Notes: generated by a model not told the origin, from the letters alone. DNA of 64,000 bases from Verrucomicrobiota bacterium (GCA_039818205.1 JBCBUK010000017.1:19227-83226), one strand, 5' to 3'. Positions 48,501-56,629 are shown, numbered from the stretch's first letter. Numbers and translations are program-made.

Positions 48501-49350
48501 TGCGATCCGCAATATCTTGCCGCTCGGAACTGAGAACTACTCGGTCACCCCGCTTGATCCAAGTGACCGCGACGAAGGTATCGATGATGAGCCAATCAAC
48601 GTTCAAACCTGGTCTGGACTCTACGGACTCCGCCAACCTGACTCGATTGCCCTCGTTGAGTTCAATGGCCAAAACTACTTGTTGACCGCCAACGAAGGTG
48701 ACGCTCGCGACTTCGAAGAAGATCGCTTCAAGGATGCTATCCTCGACCCATCAATCGAAGGTGTGTTCGGTCCATTGCAGGAAGATGACAAGCTCGGACG
48801 CCTCGAGGTAAATCTCTCGGCATCTGACCTGGACAACGACGGTGACGTCGACGTTCCAATGGCTTACGGTGGCCGTTCGATGACAGTGTTTGAATCCCCT
48901 GTTGTGGGTCGCTTCCGCGCTGTTAGCGGAACCAGCACCAACGGAAATAACGACATTGAGGAGTATACCGCTTCGATCTTCTCGACGGTGTTCAACTCGA
49001 ACAATGACGACAATGACTCACTCGAAAGTCGCTCCGATGCCAAGGGTGCAGAACCAGAGGCTCTCACGGTTGGTGAGATCGATGGTGTGAAATATGCCTT
49101 CCTCGGTCTTGAGCGCCAGAGTGCAATCATGGTCTATGATGTCACTGATCCACGTTCACCTCAGTTCCACAGCTACGTAAGCAACCGTAACTTCATGGTT
49201 GATGCGGACACTGCGGAAGCCGGTGACCTTGGCCCAGAGGGCATCGAGTTCATTCCTGCGGATGTCTCGCCACTTGGCGTTCCAACCATCGCCGTCGCCA
49301 ACGAAGTCAGCGGAACGGTTACACTCTACCGCATCGACTTCGGCCTCTAG
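39535..49350 (+). CDS. Giant secreted multi-domain phosphatase (~3270 aa): Ig-like, 2x PhoX-like, cadherin, EEP, 5'-nucleotidase, choice-of-anchor I
   Basis: Signal MRKHLLLTLCLASLCGTSAMG. PhoX-like FCSS/TGEE/GRGAWEN/SRPED/SPDNL/VQED/NVQAH occur twice. EEP: INEFD, GDQNAD, RVDY, TDH. 5'-nucleotidase: HASD, GDN, GNHEFD, NGGGIR. Propeller: LPDML, ANEGE, DLEPE, KGAEPE, DLGPEG, ANEVSGT. Confidence 0.9.
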   Translation: MRKHLLLTLCLASLCGTSAMGQVSATAQDPTVATVQVRPSGVSSSADFYAEGNTFTGFEVYSVARFVLTKADFGLDSGDTINLLTSVEINFTHNDRSFTTGDLLELYFTTQNFNGTYTGLTYNVAIFDGVDATQFTNAPVSLGTFAYVPTAPGLFQYNYVVDLSAFEADIIAKINAGEEINIILGAADAANAITLAGLNNTFDPGDPTITVEVEAAADNSAPSVASTTPADGTVDVPTDTTLVIELDQFAAAGTGFINLRQVSDDGLVEAIDVNSGAVSIDGREISITPTSFLPELTEIYVEIGSAVITDEAGNGFNGTDASNFSFTTTIANSAPVFTETGPFTVSDNALAGAVVGDVDTNDDGFTDGESVYSILSVEDASNMAVGLNGFKATSIFTIGETVSGTTGALNPTTAGDYTPVGILDGMGAYKLDAATVRVLANHELLHFRGNSYEVSNGSGGTFSMTGARVSYFDIDIATRQIVDSGIAYNTVYDANGNVATDLSFQNDSLNGFSRFCSSALFEAEQFGSGRGLASRIYFTGEEDGSGFNLIGGAEWALDPATGNFWAVPAMGRGAWENVTEVDTGLTNYVAFILADDSSPFNADTSDPENEASPLYLYVGEKNPSGDFLEQNGLRDGKLYVWVATSGNTLPSQFNGAGSSEPGTWVEIDNSPNLAQASADGSTGFDEYGYPTQRNLWTQAEAAGAFGFSRPEDLAVNPVDGSEFVLASTGVDTYDIDLVSGNGADTFGTIYVGVVDFNVSGEPTAGNLTILYDGDEDTANRALRSPDNLDWADDGFIYVQEDEAEEDTASGDEVLFGAGAVNPNEAGIVQIDPATGDILRVANVDRSIVLDPSIANPLDAVDVDAGFAGEWESSGILDVSNLFGELPGTLFIFNVQAHGIEDQTNFNAASRIVDGDLVEGGQLLFLERKFDSMLEALGSNEAEAIFTIGETFAGTAGALNPNTAGDYTPVGILDGLGAYELDAQTVRVLANHELLHFRGNSYEVSNGSGGTFTMTGARVSYFDIDKSTLRIIDSGLAYNTIYDANGNVATDLSFQNDSLNGFSRFCSSSLFEPEQFGPGLGLVDRIYFTGEEDGSGFNLIGGAEWALDPATGNFWAVPAMGRGAWENVTQIDTGLTNYVAFILADDSSPFDADPNDPEDEASPLYLYVGEKNPAGDFLARNGLRDGKLYVWVADSGSRVPSEFNGAGAFEAGSWVEIDNSQNLGQASADGSTGFDEYGYPTQRNLWTQADAAGAFGFSRPEDLAVNPFDGFEFVLASTGVDTYDVDPVSGNGADTFGTIYVAQVEFDGSGEPIAGDLTILYDGDADPTRALRSPDNLDWADDGLIYVQEDEAEEDTLSGDEILFGPTAINPNEAGVVVIDPATGIVTRVANIDRSVIIDPTIANPLDAFDTDAGSAGEWESSGILDVSTLFGEQPGKLFILNVQAHGIEDQTNVNGASRINDNDLVEGGQLIFMSIDSAQPTLNFADAFEINPSTGVITLVNPSEIDSDRLKYIRFVVEADDGLNAPVTETVDIFINDDPIAEPAEIRVASFNTSLNRNAAGQLITDLSTPSNSQAQQIAEIIQRTNPDVILINEFDYDPNGTAIDLFKQNYLEIPQNGQAPVYYGYSYNGESNTGIASGFDLDNNGSVGGGGDAFGFGNFEGQFGFIVLSKYPIVEDQVRTFQKFLWKDMPGALLPADPLDSDGNFDVDNYYTTEELDVFRLSSKSHWDIPVWVNGEVIHALASHPTPPVFDGAEDRNGTRNHDEIRFWVDYVNNAAYIYDDFGQTGGLPLESAFVILGDQNADPFDGDSTAGAANQLVDGPWVNVSVTPSSLGGVEDSTNDGGSNLTHLGDPAFDTSDFGDPPGNLRVDYALPSSNLTINSAGVFWPEVGESGADLVSATDHRLVYVDLSTTLEVGSFVLAGDATVGIDATQGNLALILVKADGTAFDSTALDSLNPGSPALGEITVGTMIGDFMVAGYLEVGPNGTINVDGFGYDLQPGAAGSLISVGDQFGFLVFDNLLFESDGGTDLGTGSFDPFNLITDPAFIVQEGQQTHGDDIPTIFRGDFTLQILHASDLEGGVEAIKLAPNFAAIVDDLEDNNPADGTIILSAGDNYIPGPFFNAASDSALRGPLQAAYQELFATDLGGSAADLDNIREGRGRVDIAIMNIIEFNASAVGNHEFDVGSDAFEGIIEEDVRGSTLGDVRHLGAQFPYLSANLDFSGDNDLGNLFTSDILPSTDFALSPSQAIAGGNPPKLAPAAIVDVDGEPVGVVGATTQLLEQISSPDGTFVIGGSTVDMTVLAAQLQPVIDEVLWGLDGVPGTSDDVKIVIVVSHLQQIALELELAELLTDVDVIIAGGSDTLLADNNDALRPGDVADDTYPLVATDLDGNSTLIVSTDGEYSYVGRLIIEFGPSGTVNPAILDDTLNGPVATTDQSVIDLYGEANIADAIAASVKGTEVKELVDEVSGIVNALDGNVFGYTAFFIDGRRASIRTEETFMGNLTADANLWKARQTDSSVVISFKNGGGIRAEIGAIDGLTGDLLPPAPNADAGKPAGAISELDIQNTLRFNNGLVLLDLSGQDILEILEHGLSDSFEGNTPGEFPQIGGLQFAFTPPMAGNGGPDTPAEVRSFGLIDETGRVVEVLFKDGVFLNGADTREFKIVTLNFLAEDGSTIDGIGGDGYPFPALASNFVDLGIGEQQALQEFLAASFPTPELAFSEVERGPEQDPRIQNLEYRFDTIGTDIPVVPAGALRLTPVATYESGIFDESATEIVAFHAPTDRLFAVSSAPGESYVRVLDASDPVGSGLLQVDTIPAPLADFEPNSVDTFSGPLGDVVAIAWSDETGANGRGRVTLHDPATLASLAPAIVGGFLPDMLTFSPDGEKLVVANEGEADGGVNPVGSVSVITFGANYGAPTHNEITFDRWNRRENVLRARGVLLTQIDEGEAANVAEDLEPEYVAIDSNSQYAWVALQEANAVAVVDLVRLAIRNILPLGTENYSVTPLDPSDRDEGIDDEPINVQTWSGLYGLRQPDSIALVEFNGQNYLLTANEGDARDFEEDRFKDAILDPSIEGVFGPLQEDDKLGRLEVNLSASDLDNDGDVDVPMAYGGRSMTVFESPVVGRFRAVSGTSTNGNNDIEEYTASIFSTVFNSNNDDNDSLESRSDAKGAEPEALTVGEIDGVKYAFLGLERQSAIMVYDVTDPRSPQFHSYVSNRNFMVDADTAEAGDLGPEGIEFIPADVSPLGVPTIAVANEVSGTVTLYRIDFGL
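40681..43974 (+). repeat. Tandem duplication of a ~1647-bp PhoX-like domain
   Basis: Copies start at 40681 and 42328; long identical peptides with many synonymous differences. Confidence 0.95.
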
Positions 49351-49393
49351 TTCTCGCTAGGAGCTCAATACGAAACATCAACGATTGTTCATT

Positions 49394-49936
49394 ATGAAGA
49401 AAAGTTTGATCCTCGTCACTGCAGCGTTTGCTTCCATGCAAACGCTGTCGGCTGGCCTCTTACAGTTGGACAACATCACCGGAATGTTCACCGATGGTCC
49501 GCTCACCGGAACTTCGATTGAGGGTTTCATCGAAGTTGAAGACAATGGTTTGATTACTGGAACCGCCGACACGACACCACTTACCATGGGTGATGGTGTC
49601 ATCGTCGATCTTGGTTTCGAGTTTAGCACACCCGATTTGGTGTTCTTCGACCTGTTCGATGACCTGGACCCGTTTATTACCTTTAGCAACGGTCAGATAA
49701 CTGGCATTGACTATTTCGGTAGTAATCTTGACGGCGAATTCCTGGATGTGACCTATGACGCGTTCCAGCCGGATCTAGCTTCGGGGATCGCGATTCAGTT
49801 TGAGGACGCTTTGGGCAATGTATCGACCGGTGTTCTCGACCTGCCGGTCAATGTTCCCGAGCCTTCGACATATGCCTTGATTGCTGGTGTTTCGGCGCTC
49901 GTGGTTCTACGGATGCGTCGCCGGGCTAAGGCCTAA
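49394..49936 (+). CDS. PEP-CTERM sorting domain protein
   Basis: Signal peptide; C-terminal VPEPSTYALIAGVSALVVLRMRRRAKA. Confidence 0.93.
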   Translation: MKKSLILVTAAFASMQTLSAGLLQLDNITGMFTDGPLTGTSIEGFIEVEDNGLITGTADTTPLTMGDGVIVDLGFEFSTPDLVFFDLFDDLDPFITFSNGQITGIDYFGSNLDGEFLDVTYDAFQPDLASGIAIQFEDALGNVSTGVLDLPVNVPEPSTYALIAGVSALVVLRMRRRAKA

Positions 49937-50005
49937 CCAAAAAACGATTTAAAAATGCACAGCCGGTGCACATTTGGAACGAGCTCTTTGGATTTTGTTC
50001 TGAAT

Positions 50006-51106
50006 GTGCACCGCCTTTTTTTTACGCTATTTCTCGGGTTGATGCTTAATGCGAACCTGTTCGCTGACCAGATGGTGCTGGAGCTCGATGCCGAACGGGA
50101 TACCGCTATTTTCGAAGGTCTCGATACCAGCAGCGGAATCGGCACCTTATTTATCGGAAGAGTTGGAAGCCAAGGTGATTCGACTCGGCGCCGAGCTTTG
50201 ATCGCGTTTGATATCGCTCAAGACATGCCTGCTGATTCCGTTGTTTTGTCAGCGACTTTACAGTTTCATGTTCCTCAAGTGAGGATTCTCTCGGACAAGC
50301 TATTCACGATTCACCGCGCATATGCAGAATGGGGTGAAGGAACGTCGTTCGCGACTAAAGGAGTAGGTGTTGCGGCAACTGCAAATGATGCCACGTGGGA
50401 CGAGCGTGTCTTTGACGAGGTTCCGGTCGAACTTTGGCAGTCACCGGGGGGCGATTTTGTCGATGAGATTTCGGCTGCTGGAATCGTCAACGATATCGGC
50501 GTTTATCGCGTTTCGAGCCTGCAGTTGGCGAAAGACGTCCAAGATTGGATTGATGGCAGCAAGGAGAACTTCGGTTGGTTCATCGTGGGAGATGAGCGTG
50601 CTGAAGGAACCGCTCTTCACATTACCAACCGTGAAGCGCTCGTAAACACGCCGAAACTGGAGGTCGTTTTTCTGACCCCGCCAATGATCCCACGCCGTGA
50701 ACAATGGCTAATCGAGTTTACAGGATCCAACGACGAAATCAGCGACTTGGGTGATCTAGACTTCGATGGTGTTCTCAACGGATTTGAGTATTCACGCGCG
50801 TCGAACCCAAATGAGTTAGAGCCGGCAGAAGTTGTGATTCCTATCTCAGAGAACTCGTTCTCATTTATACGCGACCCTCGCGCACGCGACTTAACTTACC
50901 GTCTAGAGTTTAGTGAAGACTTATCAATTTGGGATCAAGTCCTGGTGAGCGAAGGGGGTCGTATACCTGAGGTGATTTCTGGATTTAGATACTCTGAAAT
51001 TTCAGTGATCGGTTCTGAACCAGTACGAGAGGTTCTGGTGTTTGAAGGTGAGGATCCTGTAACGAAAAGATATCAATTTGCACGTTTAGTTATTGAACGC
51101 AACTAG
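50006..51106 (+). CDS. Secreted DNRLRE/CBM96-like domain protein; start uncertain
   Basis: AERDTAIFE, RRRALIAFD, SATL, WGEG, WQSPGGDF, DVQDWID...NFGW, PKLEV; C-terminal DLDFDGVLNGFEY domain. Confidence 0.75.
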   Translation: MHRLFFTLFLGLMLNANLFADQMVLELDAERDTAIFEGLDTSSGIGTLFIGRVGSQGDSTRRRALIAFDIAQDMPADSVVLSATLQFHVPQVRILSDKLFTIHRAYAEWGEGTSFATKGVGVAATANDATWDERVFDEVPVELWQSPGGDFVDEISAAGIVNDIGVYRVSSLQLAKDVQDWIDGSKENFGWFIVGDERAEGTALHITNREALVNTPKLEVVFLTPPMIPRREQWLIEFTGSNDEISDLGDLDFDGVLNGFEYSRASNPNELEPAEVVIPISENSFSFIRDPRARDLTYRLEFSEDLSIWDQVLVSEGGRIPEVISGFRYSEISVIGSEPVREVLVFEGEDPVTKRYQFARLVIERN

Positions 51107-51291
51107 CTTGCTTAAGGCGATAAGATCTTCGTTGAAACGCTCAGCTCAGTGCCCGGAAGTCGGGTCTAAAGTTCGCTTTTTCCTGGGGTGTTTCCAGATT
51201 GTTACACTTGGGAAACAATAGCAAATCGAGTCGAAACCTTTCGGCCAAAGTGCCGAAAAATGACATATCTCTTTTGTGCTTCGCTATCTTC

Positions 51292-52941
51292 ATGATGAAG
51301 AATTCTCTCTTACCTTTTCTACTGCTTTCGATATTCTCGTTGTCACCCTTGACCTGGTCGCAAACTGAATCGCCGACGGGCCAATCTGATGATCGGCTCT
51401 TGATCCTTGAGTCGCTGCAAGCTTCGCTGTCTACGAAGAAAGAACAGTTGGCGCGCCTGGAAGAGGACCTGGCCAATGCGACGAACGACACCCAACGCGA
51501 TGCAACTGCCCAGCGAATCAATACCGCAGCGAATGAGTTTATCGATTTGAATCGAAAGTTCGAGGAGACCGCATCCGGGGTTAATTTAGGCCTCTTTGAT
51601 GAGGATATTGAGCAGGCCTTTTCCTGGGAGCATGAACTGGGGAAGTTGTTGAAACCGGTATTTTCCGAGTTGAACGAAGCAACCGCTGAAAGCCGGAACA
51701 TAAGCGATCTCCGCGATACGATCGAAACTTTCTCTGACAAAGCTTCCGCGGCGGACGAAGCAATTGAAAATATTGAAACAATTCTCAAGGGGCAGGTTCC
51801 AGACAGCTTGATAGCCTCGCTTGAGTCCCAGCTGCAGGTTTGGAATCGGCGGTCTGAAATTTCGAAAAACCAGGCTTATGCCGCTGAACTCCAGCTGAAA
51901 GATCTGCTAGCAAAGCAGGAGTCGCTCTTGGATAGCTCAACTGGGTTTGCGCAGGACTTTATGAAGTCTCGTGGGTTGAGTATTCTGCTCGCAGTCATCG
52001 CGTTCGTCGCGACTTATTGGGCGATCCGCGTCGTCTACAAAGCCTGGCTGAAAACTCAACCAGTACAAAAACATGCGACCTTTTCTCGGAGGCTTGTTGG
52101 GTTGTTGGTCAAGGTTGGGAGCATTTTGTTCGGTACTCTGGCGATCATTATTGTTTTCAATTTACGAAACGATTGGTTTCTACTCGGCATCTCGACGATC
52201 TTCCTCCTTGGGGCGGCCTGGGCAGGATTGCGAGCACTGCCACAGTTCATCGATGCGATCTATTTGATCCTCAATCTTGGGCCGGTCCGCGAAGGTGAGA
52301 TTATTGAATTTGATGGACTGATGTGGCGAGTCGACACGATTGGCTTCAAATCAGATTTGGTGAACGATCGCCTTGAGAGCGGACATTTGCGTGTGCCATT
52401 CCGCAATCTGCTCGACAAGATCTCACGTCCAGCGAGCGACACCGAAGTGCTTTTCCCGACACGGAAAGGCGACTGGGTGTTACTCAATGATTCACTCGCG
52501 GAGGTCATCGCCCAGAACCCAAATCACGTTACCATCTGTGAAGAGGGATGTGGGGAAACGTTTTATCCGTCCACTGAGTTTATCGGAGCAACTCCCATAA
52601 ATCTATCAAACGGTTACCGCGTCGAGGCGACGTTTGGCGTCGACTACTCGCATCAGGCGATCGCTACCACGACGATTCCGGCAGCAATGCTCGATCGCCT
52701 CCAAGCAGAGATTCCAAAAGTGATTCCCGCGGAGCTCATCGTGAACTATACGGTCGATTTTGCCAACGCCTCGGCTTCATCGTTGGACTACGAAATCGAA
52801 ATCGATTTGAAGGGTGGGGCGGCTAAGGACTACGAAACCCTTACCTTTGCCATCCAGCGTATCCTGGTCGAACTTTGCAGTGAAAAGCAATGGAACATCC
52901 CGTTCCCCCAATTAACCATCACGAAAAACTCAAACTCATAA
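51292..52941 (+). CDS. Mechanosensitive channel MscS-like protein with periplasmic coiled coil
   Basis: Signal peptide, coiled coil, three TM segments, GPVREGEIIEFDG..WRV..IG, FGVDY, IPFPQL. Confidence 0.75.
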   Translation: MMKNSLLPFLLLSIFSLSPLTWSQTESPTGQSDDRLLILESLQASLSTKKEQLARLEEDLANATNDTQRDATAQRINTAANEFIDLNRKFEETASGVNLGLFDEDIEQAFSWEHELGKLLKPVFSELNEATAESRNISDLRDTIETFSDKASAADEAIENIETILKGQVPDSLIASLESQLQVWNRRSEISKNQAYAAELQLKDLLAKQESLLDSSTGFAQDFMKSRGLSILLAVIAFVATYWAIRVVYKAWLKTQPVQKHATFSRRLVGLLVKVGSILFGTLAIIIVFNLRNDWFLLGISTIFLLGAAWAGLRALPQFIDAIYLILNLGPVREGEIIEFDGLMWRVDTIGFKSDLVNDRLESGHLRVPFRNLLDKISRPASDTEVLFPTRKGDWVLLNDSLAEVIAQNPNHVTICEEGCGETFYPSTEFIGATPINLSNGYRVEATFGVDYSHQAIATTTIPAAMLDRLQAEIPKVIPAELIVNYTVDFANASASSLDYEIEIDLKGGAAKDYETLTFAIQRILVELCSEKQWNIPFPQLTITKNSNS

Positions 52942-52945
52942 TACT

Positions 52946-53158
52946 ATGAATATCGATAACGCAGTAGATAAGGCCTTTGAAGGCAAAACCCTTAAGGAAA
53001 TCAGTGCAGCTCCAGTCGACGCCATTCAAGGTGTTTCTGAAGGCGACGCCGAGTTGTTGGCCAAAGCCTTCAATATCAAAACGGTCAGCGACCTAGGCAC
53101 CAATAAGTTCTTCGTTTGGGCGCAAGCGATCACCGTGCTCGCCGAGAAAGAGAGTTAG
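52946..53158 (+). CDS. Small hypothetical protein (70 aa)
   Basis: Clean ORF 4 bp after the MscS-like gene and followed by a terminator; DKAFEGK...APVDAIQGVS.GDAELL...IKTVSDLG.NKFF resembles a widespread uncharacterised family. Confidence 0.8.
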   Translation: MNIDNAVDKAFEGKTLKEISAAPVDAIQGVSEGDAELLAKAFNIKTVSDLGTNKFFVWAQAITVLAEKES

Positions 53159-53182
53159 AGCAAAATCGTGTTTGTCTTTTCT

Positions 53183-53209
53183 GGGCACCTCGCATGAGGT
53201 GCTTTTTTT
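53183..53209 (+). terminator. Intrinsic terminator
   Basis: GCACCTC-GCAT-GAGGTGC followed by TTTTTTT. Confidence 0.85.
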
Positions 53210-53371
53210 GCGTCATGCTGCTCTAAAGGCCTGAGTCTTGGGGCTCAGATTGATTTGCCAGCCGAAGAAGTTATCGGTGATGCAGCGAAGCGACGTTTGC
53301 ACAGACAGCTATTACATTCACGATAGCAATCTAGTCTGATCAAATGTCGCCTACTAATATTAAGAAAAATT

Positions 53372-53741
53372 TGGTGGAGGTGGCGGGAGTCGAACCCGCG
53401 TGTTCGGAGGTTTCAATTAAAGCGTCTACAGGATTAGTCTGTTTTTTAAATTCGAGTTATCGGCGCGAACAGACACGCTTCGATTCCTCTAGAAACCTGT
53501 GAGATACGGCGGATTCCCGGTCACCCGAAACCAACTATACCCGCTAGCTGACGCCTCATTCCCTTAGCGAGCATCCGGGGTGAGACGAGGCTGAACTAAG
53601 CAGCCATAAGCTCGCCCTGAGGAGCGAACTCGACGATATTATTTTCGCCAATTGTAGTGTGATGGATTTGATACGGAGCCAACCATCATCTCCGTCCTGC
53701 AGCCATAACCTACGGCTCCGAGTCGAATCCGGAACACCCCC
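53372..53741 (-). ncRNA. ssrA: tmRNA
   Basis: 5' GGGGGTG...GGATTCGAC and 3' GGTTCGACTCCCGCCACCTCCACCA with a G3-U pair; tag ORF 53649-53596 encodes GENNIVEFAPQGELMAA*. Confidence 0.95.
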
Positions 53742-53995
53742 AAGTGAATACTTGGGTAGGCAAAACAGCTGAATGCCTATCAAAGATCAATGGAATATAC
53801 GAACATGCCTTTAACTGGATGTCAAGTGCGAGCGGCAGCTCTGAGGCTCGGAGAGTTGCTAATGACTCATGTAAGTGATTCTACTTTAGGGCCATAGGTC
53901 GGTATCGTGTCCTTAAAAACTATCATAAGATATGCTGCTCCGTGCTTGCTTTCCGGCGATAGTTGATCCATACATATCAGTGTTGGGGTATTACT

Positions 53996-54523
53996 ATGGG
54001 GTATTTAAAACAGGCATTGCTATGTACTGCGTGGCTTCTGGGGGGAAGCTTCGTGTATGGACTGACTTTGGAGTCGTCCGCATTCGTGGATGGTGGGGAA
54101 TTACCCGCCATGTATGCTGCGGCTGACTCGGAAACATCGCCACCGGTGAATTGGGATGGTGCGCCGCGGCGTACCAAAACCTATGCGATCGTTGCAGATC
54201 GCCTCGGTTCGCAAGGGGAGGCCGTTGTCCATTGGGTGATCTATAACATTCCGGTTCGCGACTCTCACATCGCTGAGGGCGCTTACGTTGTTTTCAACGG
54301 ATCAACCCGTGAAGCTCAGACCGGCCTCAACAGCTGGGCGAAAGCGGCCTGGACAGGTCCTGACGCAGCGAAGGGCAGTGGAGAATTGCGCATTCGATTG
54401 TTCGCACTGGACCGCAAGCTGACTTTCCAGACTCAGCCGGATGCGGTGGCACTTTTTGAAGCAATGGACGGATATGTTCTCGATGTTGCGGAGATTGTCG
54501 CCGTCAGCGCCAACGAATCTTAG
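53996..54523 (+). CDS. YbhB/YbcL (PEBP/Raf kinase inhibitor-like) family protein, secreted
   Basis: LESSAFVDGGELP, SPP.NW..AP..TKTYA, HWVIYNIP, NSW, LFALD. Confidence 0.85.
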   Translation: MGYLKQALLCTAWLLGGSFVYGLTLESSAFVDGGELPAMYAAADSETSPPVNWDGAPRRTKTYAIVADRLGSQGEAVVHWVIYNIPVRDSHIAEGAYVVFNGSTREAQTGLNSWAKAAWTGPDAAKGSGELRIRLFALDRKLTFQTQPDAVALFEAMDGYVLDVAEIVAVSANES

Positions 54524-54540
54524 TCCGGCTTTCTCTGAGC

Positions 54541-55416
54541 TTGAACTGCGACGAGGAGCACGATTCATCTAGGAGCGTGAGATCTTCGGCGAAGTTTATC
54601 GCAGATTTGGTGACCCGGTGGATGCGGGCCGACGGCTTTGGCCAGTCGGCCGCCATGTCTTTCTACACGCTGTTTTCCTTCGCGCCGATCACGGTATTCG
54701 CGATGTTGATCGCGGGACATTTCTTGGGGGAGAAGAGCGCTCAGAAGGCGGCCGCCGATTGGCTCGATGGTTTCCTGGCTCGTTCTGAGGCTGACGCAAT
54801 GGTCAAAATGCTGACGCCTTCGGCCTTCGATGACCAAGGATGGCTCTTTGCGCTTATCTCTGGAATCACGCTGTTTTGGGCCGCAACGCTGATTTTTGTC
54901 CGCCTGCGCATCAGCATCAATGTGCTCCTTGGGCACAAAAGTAAAACGGTTAGACAAGCGGTTAAGCGGAGCTTGATGGGGCGCTTGGTCGCGCTTTCGT
55001 TCACGCTTGGAGCGGGTTTGTTGTTGATTGGCGGCATTTTGCTGACCTCATTGGCCCCAAAGATTGTGGAGCTGATCATCCCGTTTGCTTCCTCCCGAAT
55101 TGGAATTTTGATCTATGGAATCAACGCTATAATCTTCTTTCTGTCGGTGGCCGCGATCATGCGTTTTTTCGCGGTCAAAGCACCCTCATGGCGGGCTATC
55201 CTCTGGGGAACATCCTTTGTCTTAGTGGCGTTCGAACTCGGAAGAATCCTCGTGAATCTCTACCTTGAGCGCAGCGAAATCGCGTCAGCATACGGTGCGG
55301 CAAACACCTTGGTGATCTTTCTTCTTTGGATTTACTACTCGTCGCAGATGCTTCTATTCGGTGTCACGATTGCCGGTGTTCTTGATGCTCCTGACACCGA
55401 AACCCAAGAAGGATGA
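54541..55416 (+). CDS. YihY/BrkB family membrane protein; start uncertain
   Basis: AAMSFYTLFS.AP, SAYGAA..LVIFLLWIYYSSQ.LLFG. Confidence 0.9.
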   Translation: MNCDEEHDSSRSVRSSAKFIADLVTRWMRADGFGQSAAMSFYTLFSFAPITVFAMLIAGHFLGEKSAQKAAADWLDGFLARSEADAMVKMLTPSAFDDQGWLFALISGITLFWAATLIFVRLRISINVLLGHKSKTVRQAVKRSLMGRLVALSFTLGAGLLLIGGILLTSLAPKIVELIIPFASSRIGILIYGINAIIFFLSVAAIMRFFAVKAPSWRAILWGTSFVLVAFELGRILVNLYLERSEIASAYGAANTLVIFLLWIYYSSQMLLFGVTIAGVLDAPDTETQEG

Positions 55417-55528
55417 GGCGCCGCGTCCGTAATCCGGGATCAAGACTCGCAGGTAACTGCAATTGGCTTGCGTTGATTCAGTCCGCTTGTTTCGATGCGC
55501 GGTTTCGCCCTATTTGAGGCGCATAGCT

Positions 55529-56629
55529 ATGGAAGGAATCCCGGACATTGAACCATTTCGCAGGCGACGTAATGAGCTCGACGAGCTCATGGCGCAGCCC
55601 GACTTTTTCTCCGACCAACGGAAATCCGCCGATGTGTCGCGGGAGCATACCCACATTTCTAAGCTGATCGATCTCTATGATCGCTTGGCGAAGGTTGAGC
55701 GCGAGCTCGAGGAAAACCGCTTGATGGCCGAGGACGAATCTGCGGATCCCGAATTTCGTGAGCTTGCTGCCGAAGAGGTTGCGGCATCGGAGGCCAATTA
55801 CGAGCCCTACAAGCAAGAGCTGCTCCTGGCGATGTTGCCGCCGGATCCAACCGATTCGCGCAATACGATCGTCGAAGTCCGGGGCGGAGCCGGTGGTGAT
55901 GAAGCCAACATTTTTGCGGGTGACCTCTATCGGATGTATCAGCGTTATGCCGACCGTATGGGTTGGCGGATCGAGCCGATGGGCATCAACGAGTCGGACA
56001 TGGGCGGCTTCCGCGAAGTTGCATTCCTGATTACCGGAGAGGATGTCTACAAGCGCATGAAATACGAGAGCGGCGTCCACCGGGTTCAACGAGTTCCCGA
56101 GACAGAGTCTCAAGGGCGAATCCACACCTCGACTGCGACGGTGGCAGTGTTGCCCGAGGCAGAAGAAGTCGACGTTGAAATTCGCCAGGAAGACCTTGAA
56201 ATTAATACGATTCGAGCCAGTGGAGCCGGTGGACAACACGTCAACAAAACAGAATCGGCAATCCAACTAACGCACAAGCCCAGTGGAATCATGGTTTACT
56301 GTGCGGATGAGCGGTCGCAGCTGAAAAACAAGAACAAGGCGATGAAGGTCTTGCGGTCCCGTTTGCTTGAACAAAAGCAAAAAGAAGAGGCGGAGAAGTA
56401 TGCCGAACACCGCCGTAGCCAGGTTGGCACGGGCGATCGGTCGGAGCGTATTCGCACCTACAATTTTCCCCAAAGTCGGCTCACAGATCACCGCATTGGT
56501 CTGACGGTTCATTCCTTGGCTCAAATCATGGAAGGTGAAATCGACGAGATGATTGATGCCCTGGCGACGGCCGACAACGAAGCGCGCCTCGCAGCCCTGC
56601 TGAAGGCCAACGAAACTCAAGAAGTTTGA
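55529..56629 (+). CDS. prfA: Peptide chain release factor 1
   Basis: [14 protein letters not shown] (PxT), [17 protein letters not shown]. Confidence 0.97.
   Translation: MEGIPDIEPFRRRRNELDELMAQPDFFSDQRKSADVSREHTHISKLIDLYDRLAKVERELEENRLMAEDESADPEFRELAAEEVAASEANYEPYKQELLLAMLPPDPTDSRNTIVEVRGGAGGDEANIFAGDLYRMYQRYADRMGWRIEPMGINESDMGGFREVAFLITGEDVYKRMKYESGVHRVQRVPETESQGRIHTSTATVAVLPEAEEVDVEIRQEDLEINTIRASGAGGQHVNKTESAIQLTHKPSGIMVYCADERSQLKNKNKAMKVLRSRLLEQKQKEEAEKYAEHRRSQVGTGDRSERIRTYNFPQSRLTDHRIGLTVHSLAQIMEGEIDEMIDALATADNEARLAALLKANETQEV

Noticed and set aside
53556..53783. 75-aa ORF
   Set aside because: Overlaps the tmRNA in a frame different from the tag.
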